Notes: generated from the letters alone by a model not told the origin. Shown: positions 12,121 to 25,995, counted from the first letter of the whole stretch. The stretch: 63,997 nt of DNA, filler included, from Trypethelium eluteriae (GCA_051942245.1; 4 parts of 4 records of this genome joined end to end with filler, not necessarily neighbours in it); one strand, 5' to 3'. Numbers and translations: made by a program.

Positions 12121-13902
12121 TCAGTCTAGCAACTCAAAGACATGCTCTTTGACCTTTTCGACGCCTTCCGCTCGGATGGCGCTGATAGGAATGCAACGAA
12201 TATTCTGGCGCCATGCATTCCTTCGACCACTGGGATGAGGGCTACGATTATCTGTCACAGCTGCAAGATAGTCGCGCAGCTCCAAAAAGTTATGTTGTGT
12301 GTCTGGAAAATCAGCTTTGGTCGCCACAACACACCAAGGCTTCGAAGATATCGGTGGTAGAGTAAGCTCAGGTAGAAGTCTGCTTGAAGACTTGGAAAAG
12401 ACGATGTCTTCCTGGACGCGCTGTTCATCATCGTAACTGTCCATGCCTTCCTCGAGCATGGGAGATATGCTCCCCACATTTCTTTTTAACGGACTCCAAT
12501 GAACGAGCCCATCTTCGGTCTCAATGCGGTCTTCAGTATCAGCATTGAGCTGCTTTTCTTTCATAGACTCGTACTCGCCGACTTCTCGCCAGAGACTTTT
12601 GAGAGTAGAGACAGCATCGTCATTGGACAGATCGATAACGAACGCCATTACGGCTGCTCGCTCAATGTGCCGAAGGAAGCCCAATCCGAGACCTTTGTCC
12701 AAGTGCGCATCTTCTATTATTCCGGGAATATCGGCAACCGTGAAATTGGTTCGCAACTCCTTCTGACTAGTAGCATTGACCTTGGAGCGATTAGTTCTTG
12801 TCTCAACGTATGCCGGGGGTCTTCCGCGATTGTTGTCCAACACAACAGTTCCAATATTCGGTTGCAGCGTCGTGAAGGCCCAGTCTCCGATCCTCGCATT
12901 GCTGTTGGTGATCGAGCGGAGCAATGTACTTTTACCGGCGTTGGGCAAGCCCACAAGTCCAACATCGGCAAGAATCTTGAGTTCGAGCTGCAGCATAAGT
13001 CGCATGCCAACGTCACCCTTCGTAGCAAACTTTGGTCGTGTGATATCGCGGGTGACGAAGTGAGGATTGCCGAGTCCACCCATGGCGCCCGCAGCAAGAA
13101 GCAGAGGTGACGACATGGGCTTGTCGAGGTCCAGACGAATAGGTGCGCCGGGTTGTGCCATTGTCAAGTTCGAGCGACGCGGACGTGGCAGAGCTGGAAA
13201 AGAGGTGGCGGTGAACGACGAAGGGAGAGCCCCTGGATAGAGAAGCCATTTATCACGGCGCCATTTGTGCTGCTGACTCCCAGTCTGATCTCCATCATTG
13301 CCTCTCGCGTCTGCGCCCATTCCCTTTGCCAAGCGGTCTGCCTGCTCTTCTTCGGTAACAGGGTCGTAGCGTTGTACCTCTCTAATGACCGTACCTACTG
13401 GCACAGTAATCAAAATATCGGTACCTCTTTCTCCCCCTTTGCCTTTGCCTTGTCCGTTGGCACCTCTGCCAGCTTTCATCTGTCCCTTCCTTGCCAGCTT
13501 ATGCAGGGATGTCTCGCCTCGTACGGCTTGAATGAGAACATTCCCACCGCTTCCTCCATCACCACCATTTGCAGGTCCATCCGCAATGTACTTTTCTCTT
13601 AAAAAGGAGATGCAGCCATGTCCGCCAGACCCTGCCTCTATTTTCAGAGTACAGTTGTCCGCGAATGGTGTCTGAGAGAACGAGTCTGGCGAAGGATTCA
13701 AATGGGATTTTTGATGGCCATTGACTTCGATTGCGGGGTCAAGAATCGCTGTGTCAGAGGCTTGTGGTGTTGTGCTGGCGGGCCGTGCGGTCTCATGCGT
13801 CCCGTGAGGATAAGGAAGTTTTAAGGTGGTGGGTCGCAGGACTGCTCTGCAAAGTATCCTTACGCTCAGAACATGGCGACACGGAACATGGGCCGAAGAC
13901 AT
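12121..13902 (-). CDS. MTG2: Mitochondrial Obg-family GTPase
   Basis: Gly-rich Obg fold (AGSGGHG, GGDGGSGG), ELKILADVGLVGLPNAGKST, FTTL, DIPG, GLGLGFLRHIER, TKAD, PISA; basic presequence-like N-terminus. Confidence 0.95.
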   Translation of the reverse strand: MSSAHVPCRHVLSVRILCRAVLRPTTLKLPYPHGTHETARPASTTPQASDTAILDPAIEVNGHQKSHLNPSPDSFSQTPFADNCTLKIEAGSGGHGCISFLREKYIADGPANGGDGGSGGNVLIQAVRGETSLHKLARKGQMKAGRGANGQGKGKGGERGTDILITVPVGTVIREVQRYDPVTEEEQADRLAKGMGADARGNDGDQTGSQQHKWRRDKWLLYPGALPSSFTATSFPALPRPRRSNLTMAQPGAPIRLDLDKPMSSPLLLAAGAMGGLGNPHFVTRDITRPKFATKGDVGMRLMLQLELKILADVGLVGLPNAGKSTLLRSITNSNARIGDWAFTTLQPNIGTVVLDNNRGRPPAYVETRTNRSKVNATSQKELRTNFTVADIPGIIEDAHLDKGLGLGFLRHIERAAVMAFVIDLSNDDAVSTLKSLWREVGEYESMKEKQLNADTEDRIETEDGLVHWSPLKRNVGSISPMLEEGMDSYDDEQRVQEDIVFSKSSSRLLPELTLPPISSKPWCVVATKADFPDTQHNFLELRDYLAAVTDNRSPHPSGRRNAWRQNIRCIPISAIRAEGVEKVKEHVFELLD

Positions 13903-14422
13903 GAAATTTCTGGTAGAAGACGGGTGCGATGTTTGTATGATAAAGAAATCAATACAGCATGACTAATGCAGTGCGGTACATACTAGGATTCCGCTCCGCC
14001 CTTGTCAACGCATCGGACATGCGGGAGCAGCATCGAAGAAGTGACCATATCTGATCGTGGCAATCTGGATTATACTTGCATACAACCATGCCTGAAGATC
14101 ACGACAAGCCAAAACCATGAATTTGGCTTACTATTGGTACAAATGTCCAAGACGTTGTCGAGATGGTCCCTGCCTTCCTTGCGCCATCAGATGATTCCGT
14201 CGCGAACAACCTCGGCCTAGGAGAAGCATGAAAGCATTTCCGATCCATACCTTCACCACCTCCTGTATCTCGGCCCCTTGTGAGCCTCGCCAAAATGCGG
14301 CTTGGCCTTGGCTAGCGAGAAAGCAGCTAAGCTGCTGCTGAGCGCTCGACTTTATTACACTGCCTAGTCTCTTGCCATTCCCTCCCTTTCTTGTACAGGC
14401 ACTTGCTGCACCCAGTCTTGCA

Positions 14423-15542
14423 ATGTCTGCTACTGTCCGGTACATTCGCAAAAGGGCCTTTTCACCGGTTGTGACGGGCTCCCTGCTTTACATACTAACC
14501 CGCGGACCCGAGTCTCTTCGTCGGCCTCTCGTAAACATCCTATCATCTCCGGCCAATGTAGAACGGGCAAAGTCTGTATTAAAATGGCTCTTTGCATTGG
14601 GATTGCTGGGCAGGTTGAATAGCTGGCTGAACAGCTGGGCTGAGAATGGATGGCAGCTGTATGGCGACAAGAAAAGGTGGAACTGGAATCAGGAAATCGC
14701 TGTCATTACTGGAGGATCAAATGGAATCGGTGCTGGTGTGGTGAAAGGACTCGCCGCGAATGGCATCAAATGTGTGGTGCTTGATGTTGAAGATTTGCCA
14801 AAGAACATGCAAAATTGCAAGTATCCTTTTTGATGCCTGAATAGCACCTTAAGATGATTTGCTAATACCGCTCTCAGACGCCAACATTAATTTCTACAAA
14901 TGCGACATCACCTCACCCAGCGCCGTCTCCGAAGTCGCCTCAGAGATCCGAAGCAAGATTGGCAACCCAACAATACTGGTCAACAACGCTGGAATCGGCA
15001 CTTCTCATACGATTCTCCTGACAGAGCCTGAATACCTTGAGCGTCTCTTCTCCATCAACGTCTTCGCCCACTATAACACTTTGCAAGCCTTCCTACCCAG
15101 CATGATCTCCGCAAACAAAGGTCACGTCGTTACCGTCGCATCACTCTCCTCGTTCGTCCCTCCCGTCGGCCTCGTGCACTACGCCAGCACCAAAGCCGCC
15201 GTCATGTCCCTCCATGAAGGACTGACGTCGGAGCTGCGACACCTCTACAATGCGCCCAATGTCAAGACGAGCATCGTGCATCCGACCTACGCACGAACGC
15301 GACTGTTAGAAGGGTTTGAGAAGGAAGTCAAGGAGAACAAGGGTGTTGTTATTGATCCAAAACTTATCTCAGATGCCATTGTACGCCAGGTATTGAGCGG
15401 CAGGGGTGCAAGGGTGGTGGTTCCGCAAGGGATGAGCCTCGCGAAGGCGATCAGGGGTATGCCATCTTGGATGCAGGAGCGCTTGCGAGATTCGCTTGCC
15501 CCGCATACTCAGTCGGCTAAGGATATGCTGTTGAAGCGGTAG
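14423..15542 (+). CDS. Short-chain dehydrogenase/reductase (retinol dehydrogenase/17-beta-HSD11-like)
   Basis: ITGGSNGIG, CDIT, LVNNAGI and YASTK catalytic motif; one intron 14817-14877 with a GC donor. Confidence 0.92.
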
Positions 15543-16364
15543 TCAGCATTGCAGGCTTAATGGGCGGTGTGGCCATTCGTATTGGGTAGACTTAAGGGAC
15601 TGACAAATGGTTCCAGTTTAACATCGCAACCGTGCACGGCCTCTCACTATGGCCGAGAAAGAAAAATCGAATCAAAACGCTGCCAAACCAAATATTGACC
15701 TAGACCATGCATGCATGCTTGTCCTGCCACTCCTGCATACATTTGCATTCTACCTAAAATGTCATAGAATTTCTTTATGCGTCAGCCACCTAATGCTGGC
15801 ATACTTCAGTGAGCCAAAACTCTTGGTCCCCTATACCATGCATCTGAAGTCCCCGTTTTGTCAAAGCGCAGTTTCCAACAACCATCGGAAGGATGTTGTG
15901 GATGAAACTTAATCTCTCCACGACAACGGCCGGTCCCCCAACAGTTGGGCTTCAGCCGATGGTTTGAGGCGCTGACGCACCATTAAGCTTGCCACCACTT
16001 CCATCGAGAATTTTGCGCTTTCATAATGTGAATTTTAATTAAATAGTAGGTTGGAACTGTAGCAGGCTATGTACAGTACAGGTATGAGGGTATCAATATG
16101 CACAGGGTTCTAAAACGCAAGCCCCAAAAGAAAGAACACCAACGCAATGCATGATAGCCCTCGAAAGAAAGCAGCCACCCAACTTTCTACTCCCAGCGCC
16201 TCTCCAAATGCATGCAAAACCCAAAAATCAAGTCCAAGCCATGCTTTCAACTCCCAACCACGCAAGAACGCTAGACCAAACTGGAGTAATCAAGAAAACC
16301 GCTAATCACACATCATCAGTTTCCACCCTCTGATACCCATCCGCGCCCCACATCTCCTCATGCC

Positions 16365-16464
16365 NNNNNNNNNNNNNNNNNNNNNNNNNNNNNNNNNNNN
16401 NNNNNNNNTTAATTAATTAANNNNNNNNNNNNNNNNNNNNNNNNNNNNNNNNNNNNNNNNNNNN
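16365..16464. other. Assembly spacer (N44-TTAATTAATTAA-N44)
   Basis: N runs around a six-frame-stop linker; identical at 32793 and 49221. Confidence 0.98.
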
Positions 16465-19400
16465 TGAGTATCTGATGATGATTTATGATAGCTATAGATT
16501 TGCATGCTGCTGCTTCTAGACAGTGGCTCAAGGGTTGAAGAGGGGGGAAACGTCTGAGTTTTGCATCGTGCGAGGTTGGCTACGTATAAGCATCTGAGGA
16601 TGTTATGAAAGCTAAGGTATAGATATGCATAGTGGTTTTTTGCGAAAGTGGATACAGGTTTGAAGACCAAGATGAAACTTAGCTTCTTTTTTGACGTCTT
16701 TCGAATAGCTTCACTAAGAAATTAAATTGTGTCGTGGCCATGATTTGCCGGAATTGATCATGTCAAGCGCAAAGTCTTCATCATGACTTGTCATTCGAGC
16801 AACAGCCGGAAAGTTGCTCACTCTAATTCGCGCACTCAACTAACGACGTCAATAACGAAGTCCATGAGAAGGATTGCGAGAAAATGCGTCAGGTTCCTTG
16901 CCTAATGGATCATGGCCATGACGTTTAATTACGGCGCCGTCGGATCGAAGGCCATGTCCTTGGTGCTTTGGTAGTCCCGAGCAGATGTTCGGCTACATAG
17001 TCCGGGACTCCCAACATTCGGTACGACACATCGATCTTAAGACCGTGCTTGGGACATTCGACCAACGACACTGTCATTTACCTTGCTAGTCAGTGTACCA
17101 GTACCATTCCAACGGAAGCAGCAGGTACAAGCAGGTTCCGCAAGATGGTCCAACAGATGCTGTGCGAAATCGAGATTGGGGACCCGATGCTCCGCGCAAA
17201 GCTTGCAGGACCCGGGTGTCACGAAGAAGAGATAGACGTCAACAACAACACAGGGACAGAGAGATACGACAAGCTTTCGGTCTAAAAGACGTGTGACCCT
17301 TCGGAAGCGACCTTATCCAGCGCTGCAACGGGGACCCCTTTCATGCCCAACCCTAGGGTTTTATTCTCGCCGATTCCGCTATCGTTCCAATTCAGTACGT
17401 ATGTCCGAGCGAATGCCGTCTCGTATCGTAATCTCGGGCGGCGGAAAGAGAGGAAAAGGGCAAAGCAAAAAGCAGCGGTGATGCTTACCACCCACCCCAT
17501 ATGAGATACCCTGTCGTCTTTCCCCCCCATCTTCGTACATCACCCCATGGTCTACAGACGGAAAGGGAGAAGTGGAGGGAAGGGGGTAGGGGGAAAAATG
17601 ATCGCCTCCCACCTCCTCTCAGACCCAGACTGTCGGGCTCGCCGAGCGGTGTCCATGACTCAGCTGCCTAATCTACCAGCACGGACACCAAGTGTAGGCA
17701 TTGAGTTGTCTTGTCTCCCGTGTCGGCAATTGGCCTCAGTCCGGTGCAAGCACGAAACGGGAAGCGAAGAATGGCGCGACCGACCACGAGGTGTGACCGG
17801 TGGTGCAGAAGAGAGTCTGTCTGGGATGAGAGCTACCGCCTTCCCCGAGCGCCGTCACTTCACTAGGTACTTGCCCCGGACCGCGCCGTCGGTCCCACCG
17901 ATGGAAGTCGAATCCTTTGGAAGGGAAGAGAGGAGACGGGGCTGAAGTGAAAGGATAAAGGGGAAATTTGCAAGGGTTCGGGATGTTTATAGTTGGACGC
18001 CGGAGTTGCAATTGATGTCAGCCGCAATGGCAATGCAGATGTGATCGAGAGATTTTGGGCCCTAATGCCTTGACTGTAATTCATGAGTGCTCCAAAAAGC
18101 AAAAAGCATGACTCGCATCTGGAACGGCTGTCGTGCCCCCTTCGCGGGCACCGTGGGGGTGAGTTGTGGAGTTGTGGCATCGGCTCTTGACTGTGAAGCT
18201 TGCTTTTTTCGCACGTGGGCGGCTGGAGACATGGTGATAAGCGGGGAGAACGAGGCCCCAACTGGAGCGGAAGTTCGCAGTTGGTGGCTGCATCCCTATT
18301 CTCCTTTGGATGCTGAACTCCTACGAAAAAGGAACTAAAACACGACTGGAAGGATAGAGGAACTGGGACGCAATCGCCTGTCCTGATACGGTTGTGTAAG
18401 ATGTGTAGGGCGATGAAACGGGGAGAGGAGCACGTGGAAACACCAACATCGCTTACCAGGTAAATGTACTGCTACAAAGGGCTTGTTTCACAGCTCGTAC
18501 AGGCAGACGAAAATGAGATGAGGGGCCGTCGCCTACCTTAGCTGAGCTTATGCTATCACGTCGTGGAGGTACTTGCGGTACATAAGGTACATACCTACGA
18601 TACCTCGGCCCAGTCGCGTTTGCGGTGGCAGTCGACCGATTCGCTTTCCAACCCAAAAAGGATAAAGCAGGCTTTATGCAGTGGTCTTGTGATAGCGGCT
18701 GCCGGAAGGATTACTGACCCAAGCTGTCGGGTCCGTGGCTTGCAATAGTGGCGCTCCAAGCGACTGGTAGGTCGCTGATCATTCTACCCGACAAGTCGAT
18801 TAGAGTAATGCGTCGGTGCCACCCAGCATCGGAGGAAATCCTGTACGCTCGTTTAGATGCTCGATTTCCACTCTTGGCAAGGACCTATAGTCGAGGCGGA
18901 CTCTGTCAGAGGCCGTGAGCCCCTGTCGACCCTATGCAGACAAGATTTTGACAGTCTCTCGGATCAGCACGCGATGGTCTAGAAAATGAACTATAATTTT
19001 ATGCGCAGATAAAGTGGTGGCAGGAAAGGGCGCCAATGACATGAACATACAGTAAGCGCGAAAGGCGTCTTGGGTTTCTCTTGTTTGCACATCTTTAGCT
19101 CCCACACGCGGGAATTATCTCCAAGGGGTAGTTCTCCGAAGCATCTAGCAGACGGCGACAGCATTCTCGCCTGGACTCTATGCAAGGTAATATTCATTTC
19201 TATAGAGAACGCCAGCCTCTTGAATTTTCCTCGCAATGCTGCCTAATTTTAGTAGAGTATTCTGCACGAGGAAAAAGGGGACGATAATGAGAGAGTCAAT
19301 GGCGCTTGCTCTGCAATTGGTCCCTTATTCCCTAAGGCTGACGAGAATGCAAGAATGCCGTTACACATACAAATGCCGGCCGAGGTCACCAATTAGATCT

Positions 19401-22304
19401 CCTCTCTCTAGCCTATCTTGGCGTTGACAGTGGAAGCTTATCAGATGCAACGAGAGGACCGTCCTACAGTAGTTGTTTGACGTCGAGGACTCTAGAAGCG
19501 ATTTCTGCCATGAATGGGCTCCATTCAGCTCTTGGAGAGCATCAATAAGTCTGGCAACTCGGAGGGGCTCCGTACGGCAAGGCAGTTACTGTGCAAGCCC
19601 TGGATTCAGGAGAAAAATCGGTGAATCAGAAATGATATGAAGGAGCCAGAAAGGAGTGAATTCCAAATCGCTCAACTACACCCTGGAGTAAGCCGAAGCT
19701 TGTATGAAGGTCAGAAGCCAGTACTCGTTGCAGTGAAACGATTTGTACGAACCGGCCAAGGAACGAAGGAATCGTGGATGCTGCTGGTGAGAAGGTTGTG
19801 GTCCCTGCATTGGATGAGCGAGTCGGCTTGTCTGCCCACGTCCCTGGCCGAAGATCCTCAGAAGGGCACGTGGTTTGTCATTTCACTCGTTACTTTTTTG
19901 CGGGGGCGGCCCCAGTCGAGACTTTCTAGTTACATCTTCGGCCACCTCCTCAGCGCCGTGCACCTACGTATCCGCGGGGTACATTGTCCAGATCGTGAGG
20001 CCCTGGTCGCGTCGCAGAGTTTGACGATCACGAGGAAGAACATCGAGGCCAGGCACCCAGGCATTATTACTTTGCCAGTCGAGAGCCCAGATGAAGTTGA
20101 TGCTCTACCGAGGAAGCTTTTACTCCTCACGCGACCGAGATCATCAAAGTGTCAACCCATTCCACAGGCGACAGAACTTGCTCAAGCACATGGTAGGGAA
20201 AGTGCCGACTAAAGGGCGGCAGACTACGTGGAAATGCGGTGAGGAGATGGATGCGCATACTTGTTGTCCTTGCGTACGTACCGGTGTTTTGCCCCTCATT
20301 TATCAATACATGTGACCGTTGCATTTCTACAATCTCCTCTACCGCCAAACGTGAAGGTCGGGGTACTCGGGCTATCCGATGTCCAATTGCCTTACCATCG
20401 CCAGGCAGCCGCTCATGAGTAGGCGAACAGAGCGAACGAAAATGATCGTCCGGTGTTGCAACGGGCCGTGGCGAACGAACAACGCATTGAAACCAAAGCG
20501 TTAACGAATGTACGAGGACTAGGCTGCAGACCTGGTCGATGTACGGCGTGTAGCACATGATGGCTCTTCCCTGGCCTGATTCGGCGGTAGAGTAGTCTTC
20601 AGGATTTATCAAGCTCTCAACCAAAGTAGAGCGGTAGCTTACCAAATGATCACCCTTTCCACGAGGAATGGTCTTCTTGTACAGCAAAGCACTCGGTGGT
20701 CACGCAGATACGCCTCGCTTCTGCAACTTCCTAAACTCGTTCGTAACGTGGGAGCGGGCGATACGTGGTGTCTCAAAAACCACAAAACCACAAATCTCCC
20801 ACATCGCATTATTTCATTAGCAACCCTCCTTTTCACTCATCTGATCTGACATAAAGTTTTTCCTTCTAGATTGCTTTGCCTGGTTGCGATAAGCGTATCG
20901 CATGAGTGTCATCCTGCCTCCAACGGTGGTATGCGGAGCACGTTCGGGATCTCCCCGGCTCTGCTGTCTCAATGGAGAAGGTCGAATTACTTTGGCAGCG
21001 ACTTGATACGTGGCGCAGAGGCTTAATTGCCCCAATGGAGGCGACTCGCATCGACGTCAGTAGGCGCAGACAATGAAAGTTTTCAGGTAATCCTGTGATA
21101 CTATCGTGAGATGAAATGTTCTGGTAGAGATGAAACGTCATCGATCCAAGGTTTTTAAACTTCCGGCGAACTTGCCACTTGAAGCCAAAAATTAATGCAA
21201 GTGCCAGGACCAGTGCTTTCGCAAACTTTCCGCCACGAACCAGACGGTAAATGTTTCGACTAGTTGTTCCAAGCCCATTCGGACGGAAGCAGTAACGTAG
21301 TTAGTTAGCAATGTTTTTTTCGGAGGTGCCTAGGACAGCTGAGAGACGTTTGGGGCAAATATTGTTCCCTTTTGTGTTAATCTCGCCACGGGCAGTCGTT
21401 GTCCATGCGCAGCGGCGAGACGAGAGAATGGATTATCGTGCTAATGTCCAGCTGTAGGGCTTCAATATTGCCATAATTATCGTGCATGTACGACAGTCTG
21501 GCGAATTCCATCCTGTGGACGAGAATTCCCATTCTTCCAGAAAGCTTCGAGGCTCTGGCAGAATCTGCACGAAGTCCAGCCAAATGTCTGCATTTGGCCG
21601 GCGTTGCCTGTCTCATGGATTAAGCACGGGCAATAATAATGTATGCCCAATCGGTCCCAGGAGGGCATTGGTGGAGATGGGCACGAGTCAGCGGCGCACG
21701 AGCATGGCTTCTGGAAGAGTGGAAGGGAAACCTTCGTTCGGCGTCTCACTCCGCCGATGGATGTTGCTCCACAAGGCTGCTGAAGCGTCCACGGAGCATT
21801 CCGAGACGGTGCCTGCCTCTAGGAACATCATCACGAGATGGACCATGGTCTGTTGAGAAGGACGAATGGCTTGGCTCGCACTGGCACTCAATCTCCTTTG
21901 GTGTTTCCGTTACTGTCTGGACTGCCATCAAGATATGAAGTATCATGGGCTGGCTGCCAACCGCTGCCGTAACAGAGTCAGGAATTCGACCTTACCACCT
22001 TGCCTACTAGTCAAAGCTCCGTGCCCCCACGTCAGTCCATCTCCTCGCGTGGCCTGTCACCCTGTACTGTACCGAGGCTTCTCACGGGGGAGTTACGTAG
22101 CGTGGCTATTCCTGGCACCAGAGCCAACATGGCACGATGGCTGACCTTTCAATTCCCGAGATCCCGGCACTTTGTACAGGGGAATGCGGGCTGGGTAGGT
22201 GGCTGGGGGATCCCTGGCCGACATGACGCCCTCCCAGATGCTATAATCGGCGCTAAAGATGGGGATGCGGAAGCCTTGGGCGGTGGTCGAGCGAAGGCAC
22301 GGGG

Positions 22305-22550
22305 TGGCATGGATGGCATGGACATCATGGGTGGCATGGATGGCATGGGGGGAAAAGTAGCATGGGGCGTGAGAGCGAAACGTAGCGGTAGCGGTAGCGG
22401 TACCTGTTACCCGCCAGCCTGTCTTCTGGCGTACTGACTACTAACACATCCCATCAACCCCGTCACCCCGTCGTGGCCAAAAAGCAAGTCGTGCGAGCAC
22501 TCCTTTGGCTGCCCAGATGTGCTAGATGTGCCAGATGTGCCAGATGTGAC
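22305..22550. repeat. Cluster of short tandem repeats: ggcatggat, agcggt and ccagatgtg units
   Basis: Visible at ~22306-22347, ~22384-22402 and ~22513-22548. Confidence 0.8.
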
Positions 22551-23279
22551 TGCCAGCGCCTCGTTGTCGGCCGTTGCTCATCTGCCCACTTATGCCCACA
22601 CACACCTGCCCACACCTGTCTCCCGCACGCCAAGTCACAGCGACTCGGCCTCCGTTTCCATCCCTCAACTGAGTACCGTGCTCTTTCCCTCCCACGCTAG
22701 CCCTTGGTTACCGCGTGCCCACTGTCAGGCGTGTTCCCTGCGAACGTTTGGCCTGGCCCGCTGCAAGTACTTGTACCCGGACCTCTCTACTCCGCCACCT
22801 GCCATATGTACCCTCCCAGTCCCTTCACCGTAATTGCGTCCGTCATCACTGCGTCCTCCACCTAGGCCCGCAAACACTTCTGGCTCCAGCTGTCTTGCTG
22901 CGCATAACAAAACCAGCTGCCCTGCCTCCCCAGCATTCCGTCGCTCGCTGCAACAAAGAACTACCGCCGTCTTCCTCCACTTCACTCCACTATTCCTACC
23001 TGCACCTCCACGCTCGCTTCCGTCGCCCGTCATCTGCTGCTTGGAGTCGACCTCTCATCGGCTGCCGTCCTCATCGCGAATCTGTCCAAGTATACGCAAA
23101 TTCACGACTGCGACGACGACGACTCAAGTGGCTCGGCTCTGTCCTGTTACCGACTGTCAATGCCCTCGCGCGTCGGTCGATCCTGACGCAATCCCGCCTT
23201 AACCGGCCCAGCAAATCTACCCAACATTCGCAATCTCGACTTCACCATAGGTTCGCTAAAAGGAATCGACATCGACGAG

Positions 23280-25104
23280 ATGCCTTTCCGGCCTGAGCAG
23301 TCTCTGCTCAGCGTCGATTTTCCTAAGATCCACACAATCGATACGCACAACGTCCAAAACCTGTTTGGCATGTGGTCGGGTAAGAGCTGTTTGACTTTTG
23401 CTTGCCCTGTAGCGGTGCAAACCCACTAATCATTCATCTTCAACAGTTTTCTCCAAATGCTCCGAAGTTATGGAGAATGGCAAGCGCCTAGAGAATCTGA
23501 GCTGGCGATTATGGAACCGTGAAACCTTCTGCTGTGCACCAGAACAACAACCACAATTCATGTCCTGTCCCCAGTGGACAATACCGAGGAGACCCAAAAC
23601 TGAGGACATGTCGGTGCCATCACTTTCGTCGAGTGTCGATTCCGATGACTCAAACGAGCACGCCACCCCGTCCTCGCTTCCCGATCGTTCTGCCTTTGAA
23701 TTCGCTCGACCAGAACTGCGCAGCTACGATTCTATCGAGGGCCGGAGCCGAGGGAGAGAAAGGCACATCTCGCCCGTCGATCTCGAAAAGATTATGTCTT
23801 CTATCAAAGAAAGGGATAAACTCGAGCCTCTGTCACCACTTCCAAAGAGGTCCTCCAACACATCCGTACATCTCAGTGAGCTGAATAAGGCACAAAACGG
23901 AAATTCCGAACCTCGGAACTCCCCACATGCGGAGGACCGAACACCTCGCTCATCTTCGCCACGTCCGCTAGGTCCGGAACTTTCGGCCTCGACTGTCGCC
24001 TCCACGGTGGCCACCACCCTAGACAGTCAAGGTTCATCCGAATCAACACAACTCCGCGCTAACGACTCGGATTCAAACACTACAGACATGAGCAGCCACA
24101 GCATCGTACGTGGCTTTTCGGTCGGTCAAATCTCCTCATCGTACAGGTCTCCGTCGCAAGCACAATTATCACCGGAACCTGTTCCAATATTACGCAAATC
24201 CAAAACTAAGGGTGCCATGTTCCAAATCGGTGCTGGTTCATCAGATGAGCCGGAGAGTTCCCTAGACATCCATATGTCTCATGCTCCGCGCAGCTCCCTC
24301 TCAGAGGGCTTGAAACGGCCTGTAAGTACCAAGAAGCAAACCTCATTCATGGACGAAGTCACCACACGCACCATAAAGGACGCGGTTGAGGAGAATGAGG
24401 AGGTGTTTGAGTCGGATGAGGAGGAGGACGAGGATGAAGACGAGGATGAGGAGGAAGAAGTGTCTGAAAGCGCCATTGATGACGATGAGGACGAAGACGA
24501 CTGGGAAGACGATGGAGACGACAGTGGCCCGTCCAGTCTTGACGATAAGCAGATGTTCCAACGCGTCGAATCGAAGCCAAATCTTGTATCACGTCGGTCA
24601 CTACTAACGACCATGATACACGAGCCAGAACGGGCTACTGCGCTTCAAAATGCTGCATCGCGTTCGACGCCCGCCTTACGAAGATCACGGACATCAACAC
24701 CCAACGGGCCGTCTCTGGCGGCATCGCCGGATGACGATGAACCAGGACTCGAAATGAAGGGGAAACAAATTCCTCAGTCGAAGCCGATCATTATGACTAC
24801 CTCCAACACACATCAACCCGCTCTTTCACCGCGGACTACTCGTCGCAATATGCTTTCCACCGAACTCACCGAATCCCTTCGAAAAAACCTTCTTTGGGAA
24901 CGACAACAAAAAAACAGCACGTCCGCAGCTGCGCTTAAGCGTAGACATACGTCTATTGATGTCAAAAATCTTCAACAATACCCTGGAGAACCAAAAGTTC
25001 CAAAAGAAACAGGACCTCTTATGAACAAAAAGGCCTCAAATGACCAATCCTGGAACGAGTACTTTGATCAAGGACTACAGGATTTCCATCGCAAAGGATG
25101 GTAG
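23280..25104 (+). CDS. DUF1752 (AreA N-terminal-like) + DUF3295 protein, Mks1-like regulator
   Basis: Exon 1 MPFRPEQ...NLFGMWS, intron ~23380-23446, then VFSKC..ENGKRLENLSWRLWNRE; acidic tract; SPRTTRRNMLSTELTESLRKNLLWERQQK; ends DFHRKGW. Confidence 0.88.
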
Positions 25105-25995
25105 TCATGAGTGCTATTTACACAATCAACAATTTTTCACTATGGACGGCTTTCCCTCGTGCATTTTAGCAAGCCGGCGTTGGCTTGTTTATCATAATTT
25201 GTTTCCACCGGTCTGCAATCGAGCGCACGGCGCAAGTCTGGTCATTTCCAAAATTCTGGCGGTTTATTAAAACACTGATCTGCGACTCTATTTACTTGGT
25301 ACCAGTGGTGCCAGTAGTACGAGCAGCACACGATGCTAAGATTTTCTGATGCCTTTCTCTGCATAGCATCTTATCCGTCCGGATGGTCAGCTTGGGGGCG
25401 CACAACCCGATAAGCTGACAGGGCTAATTCAACTTCTACTTCTCGAAGGTGGTCTCGCTGACCTTTGCGTCACCAGCCATCTCTCACTGGCGTTTCACAT
25501 CGATGCTGCTCAGGCGGCACAATGTACCACTACGCATTCCATGTACTTTTACTTTTTGATGAGACGGAGCAATCCCACTGGTTCAGTTATGATGGGCAAG
25601 GTTACAAGCGGCACCTGGCTCTGCGAAGGTCCTTTTTCCTACAGGGGACATAATTTGGCGCTCCAAGAAGGGTTATCCGCTTTCACGAGCACCGAACGCA
25701 TGTATCTACTCAGTTGGTCGAACGATGAGTTCCCACAAAAAGCCACCTCCCTACGTGGATGGAATGATAATGCAAATGTTGAATACAACTAGCTTCCCTG
25801 ACATTGACGTGTCGTGCATGTGATTGTAAAGTTCAAGCGTGACCAGAATCGCTCATTGCTCCACCAAGAATCGACAATGGATAAGTAAGGTAGGTACTCT
25901 AGATTGTGCTCCCTGCTTAGGTGCTCCCCAACGAAGAGCCAGACGGCGCGGCCGGCAATAGGATTCGTCGAGTGCGACCGCTTACCGCCTTTCTG

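Noticed and set aside
16409..16420. TTAATTAATTAA palindrome occurring three times
   Set aside because: Artificial six-frame-stop linker embedded in N runs.
24279..24614. Antisense Ser-rich ORFs here and at 41133-41390, 33078-33653 and 12499-13110
   Set aside because: Shadows of real genes or acidic tracts on the opposite strand.
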